DNA of 7,540 nucleotides from a virus (Duplodnaviria; Heunggongvirae; Uroviricota; Caudoviricetes): IMG/VR virus record IMGVR_UViG_2660238573_000002; one strand, 5' to 3'. Shown piece by piece: positions 6,174 to 7,540 of this stretch (position 1 is its first letter; each line of letters starts with the position of its first letter). The notes under the pieces were generated by a model. It saw only the letters and a program-made list of their open reading frames with translations, ran no database searches and was not told where the DNA came from. The position numbers and the translations under genes were made by a program.

Positions 6174-6204
6174 AACCCGGCCTCCATGCCGGGTTTTCTT
6201 TTCC
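6174..6204 (+). terminator. Strong Rho-independent terminator (tIMM-like) before OL/PL
   Basis: 8-bp stem AACCCGGC (6174-6181) / GCCGGGTT (6188-6195) with a 6-nt loop, followed by a T-rich tract (TTCTTTTCC, 6196-6204). Confidence 0.7.
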
Positions 6205-6336
6205 TCTCGCCCAAAAAAACACATAACCAATTGTATTTATTGGAAAATAAATAGATACAACTCACTAAACAACGCAATTCTGATCTCTCCTTACATCGCC
6301 GAGGCAATACACCCACGCTAAAAAACAATACTATTA

Positions 6337-6411
6337 AATACAAAGCGTTGTAAAAAACCGCCCCGTTTTAGAACAAATTGTATTGACCAAGTGAAGTACA
6401 TATCGTACTAT
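6337..6411 (+). promoter_or_regulatory. OL/PL: strong sigma70 promoter with overlapping operator-like dyads
   Basis: -35 TTGACC (6383-6388), 17-bp spacer, -10 TACTAT (6406-6411). Dyads AACAaatTGTA (6372-6382, abutting the -35), TACAtatCGTA (6397-6407, overlapping the -10) and TACAAagcgTTGTA (6339-6352). They share the TACA/TGTA and AATACA half-sites seen in the cro-cI region. Confidence 0.6.
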
Positions 6412-6457
6412 TTAACCATCAGCAGGACGCTGGAAGCCAAATGGAACAGACTGGCAG

Positions 6458-6502
6458 GCTCTTTAAACAACGTCGACTCTCGACTACGTGGCTGAAAAGC
6501 CA
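6458..6502 (+). promoter_or_regulatory. nutL-like N-utilisation site (boxA plus boxB)
   Basis: boxA GCTCTTTAAACAA (6458-6470), an 18-nt spacer, then boxB hairpin UGGC-UGAAAA-GCCA (6489-6502). Same loop as nutR, with a compensatory stem change. Located between PL and N. Confidence 0.6.
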
Positions 6503-6600
6503 GATCACCCAACCACATAAGCTGTGGGATGCAATGCCGAAGCAACCGTCTCAGGAGGAGCTTCGAGATTGCATCGCCAAAGTTTATTCGGGAGGAATCT

Positions 6601-6873
6601 ATGTCCAGAAAAACAGAATTTAAAGGCACCGCAGCTTCTCGCCGTAGAGCTCGTCGCGCAAACCTGCAAAGTCAGGAGGCGATTAGCTCCGACAAACTAC
6701 ACAGGCCAACCCCATCACGAGTGGTCTTACAATGCAAACGCAAACCAGCAATGAGAGCAGAAGTAATAACACTGACAACGTTGACCAGAAAATATGAAGG
6801 CTCAACTTGTCTTCCAAATGTAGCTCTTTACGCGGCAGGCTACCATAAATCCAAACAACTGACAGCAAGATGA
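6601..6873 (+). CDS. N: N-family transcription antiterminator (90 aa)
   Basis: N-terminal arginine-rich motif GTAASRRRARRANLQ, comparable to lambda, P22 and phi21 N as I recall them. SD GGGAGGA lies 5 nt upstream of ATG 6601. First gene after PL and nutL. The ORF-track start at 6529 would lie in the nut leader. Confidence 0.75.
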   Translation: MSRKTEFKGTAASRRRARRANLQSQEAISSDKLHRPTPSRVVLQCKRKPAMRAEVITLTTLTRKYEGSTCLPNVALYAAGYHKSKQLTAR

Positions 6874-6931
6874 CTTGTGTTGGTCGCCAGAAAATGAAAT
6901 TAGGCAGCAAACCACTTATTTGAGGTGATAT

Positions 6932-7183
6932 ATGGAATTTCATGAAAGTGCGATTTGTGATTTTCGCGCTAACGCAAATTCAGTAAAACCACAGCCAATT
7001 GCAGTTCTTTTAAAAACAATGGGTGCGTGGGCTGTTTTATGCTTCGCCGCTGACGACACTGACGCAAGAATGGCAATAGGACAAGAGATGGAGATGGACC
7101 CGACAAACGATGAATTCATAATTTATGGCGCTCCATCTAATTACTTACTTGATACCTGCAACATTTACAACAAGGCTGCCTGA
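6932..7183 (+). CDS. Hypothetical protein (83 aa) immediately downstream of N
   Basis: SD GAGGTGA lies 3-5 nt upstream of the ATG. Occupies the position of the ral/sieB-type accessory genes in lambda. Family not recognised. Confidence 0.55.
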   Translation: MEFHESAICDFRANANSVKPQPIAVLLKTMGAWAVLCFAADDTDARMAIGQEMEMDPTNDEFIIYGAPSNYLLDTCNIYNKAA

Positions 7184-7200
7184 TGGTGGCCTTTATTTTT
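7172..7200 (+). terminator. Possible weak intrinsic terminator overlapping the 3' end of the 83-aa ORF
   Basis: AAGGC (7172-7176) pairs with GCCTT (7189-7193) across a long loop, followed by TATTTTT. The structure is imperfect. Confidence 0.3.
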
Positions 7201-7227
7201 GGCATAAACAACAGAATAAACACAGCA

Positions 7228-7259
7228 CTGTGTATTCATTCCAACGAGTGAATACACGG
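7228..7259. repeat. Long inverted repeat (11-bp stem, 10-nt loop) of unknown function
   Basis: CTGTGTATTCA (7228-7238) pairs with TGAATACACGG (7249-7259) with one G-U. No T-tract follows. The arms contain the AATACA/TGTATT half-site seen at the OR and OL candidates. Confidence 0.4.
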
Positions 7260-7319
7260 AGCAATGTCGCTCGTAACTGAACAGGAGCCGACTTGTTCTG
7301 ATTATTGGAAATCTTCTTT

Positions 7320-7345
7320 GCCCTCCAGTGTGAGGGCTTTTTTAT
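7320..7345 (+). terminator. Rho-independent terminator (tL1-like) between N-proximal genes and the cIII-like gene
   Basis: Perfect stem GCCCTC (7320-7325) / GAGGGC (7332-7337) with loop CAGTGT, followed by TTTTTTAT. Confidence 0.65.
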
Positions 7346-7409
7346 ATGCATACCAATAACGCTTCACTCGAGGCGTTTTCGTTATGCAATCAAATATAAG
7401 GAGTTACCC

Positions 7410-7540
7410 ATGATGCACTTTCAGCTCGCGGGTAGCGGCGTCATGTCCGCTTTCTACCCGCACGAATCTGAATTATCACGCCAAGTTAAACAATTAATCA
7501 GAGCAGCAAAGAAACAACTGGAGGCGTTATGCGCAATGAA
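7410..7540 (+). CDS. cIII: CIII-like protein (FtsH inhibitor family), 5' part only; runs off the window
   Basis: SD AAGGAG lies 6 nt upstream of the ATG. N-terminal MMHFQLAGSGVMSAFYPHESELSRQVKQLIRAAKKQLEAL parallels lambda CIII MQYAIAGWPVAGCPSESLLERITRKLRDGWKRLIDIL as I recall it (AG motif plus an ESxLxR amphipathic helix). Positioned downstream of N. Confidence 0.45.
   Translation, partial: MMHFQLAGSGVMSAFYPHESELSRQVKQLIRAAKKQLEALCAM

Noticed and set aside
6050-6343. 97-aa minus-strand ORF
   Set aside because: TTG start with no SD. It spans the plus-strand terminator and the AT-rich OL-proximal spacer, and the translation is Cys/His/Leu-rich low complexity.
6354-6369. AAAAC-CGCCCC-GTTTT hairpin just upstream of PL
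   Set aside because: The stem is A-T only and weak. It is more likely part of the A/T-rich UP-element-like region of PL than a terminator.
6408-6943. ORFs 6408-6629 (minus), 6441-6623 (plus), 6524-6754 (plus), 6683-6943 (minus) and the 6529 extension of N
   Set aside because: They overlap the PL leader, the nut site or the N coding frame. The ATG at 6601 with SD GGGAGGA puts the arginine-rich motif at the N-terminus as in characterised N proteins.
1-7540. CRISPR arrays, tRNA or rRNA genes, IS or transposase, integrase or attachment sites
   Set aside because: No spacer-interleaved direct repeats, no cloverleaf-compatible segments noticed, and no transposase- or integrase-like ORFs. The only repeats are the ori iterons and the operator and nut elements.

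Overview
This window reads as the immunity, early-regulation and replication region of a mosaic lambdoid (lambda/P22-like) enterobacterial prophage. All protein identifications rest on reading the supplied translations against remembered family sequences; no database search was run. Minus strand, in transcription order from high to low coordinates: cro, nutR, PRE-overlapped cII, a small basic ORF, an O-like replication initiator carrying internal ori iterons, a DnaB-family helicase, two small ORFs (one membrane), ninB, and the first codons of a further nin-region gene. Plus strand: cI repressor (lambda-type C-terminal domain joined to a different N-terminal DNA-binding domain), an intrinsic terminator, a terminator-flanked cassette encoding a 173-aa protein of unknown function in the slot where lambda carries rexAB, a second strong terminator, OL/PL, nutL, N antiterminator, an 83-aa ORF, two terminators flanking an inverted repeat, and the start of a cIII-like gene. 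No rRNA, tRNA, CRISPR array, transposase or integrase was recognised. The most interesting region is the cI-to-PL interval (about 4850-6370), a known hotspot for prophage exclusion and defence cargo.
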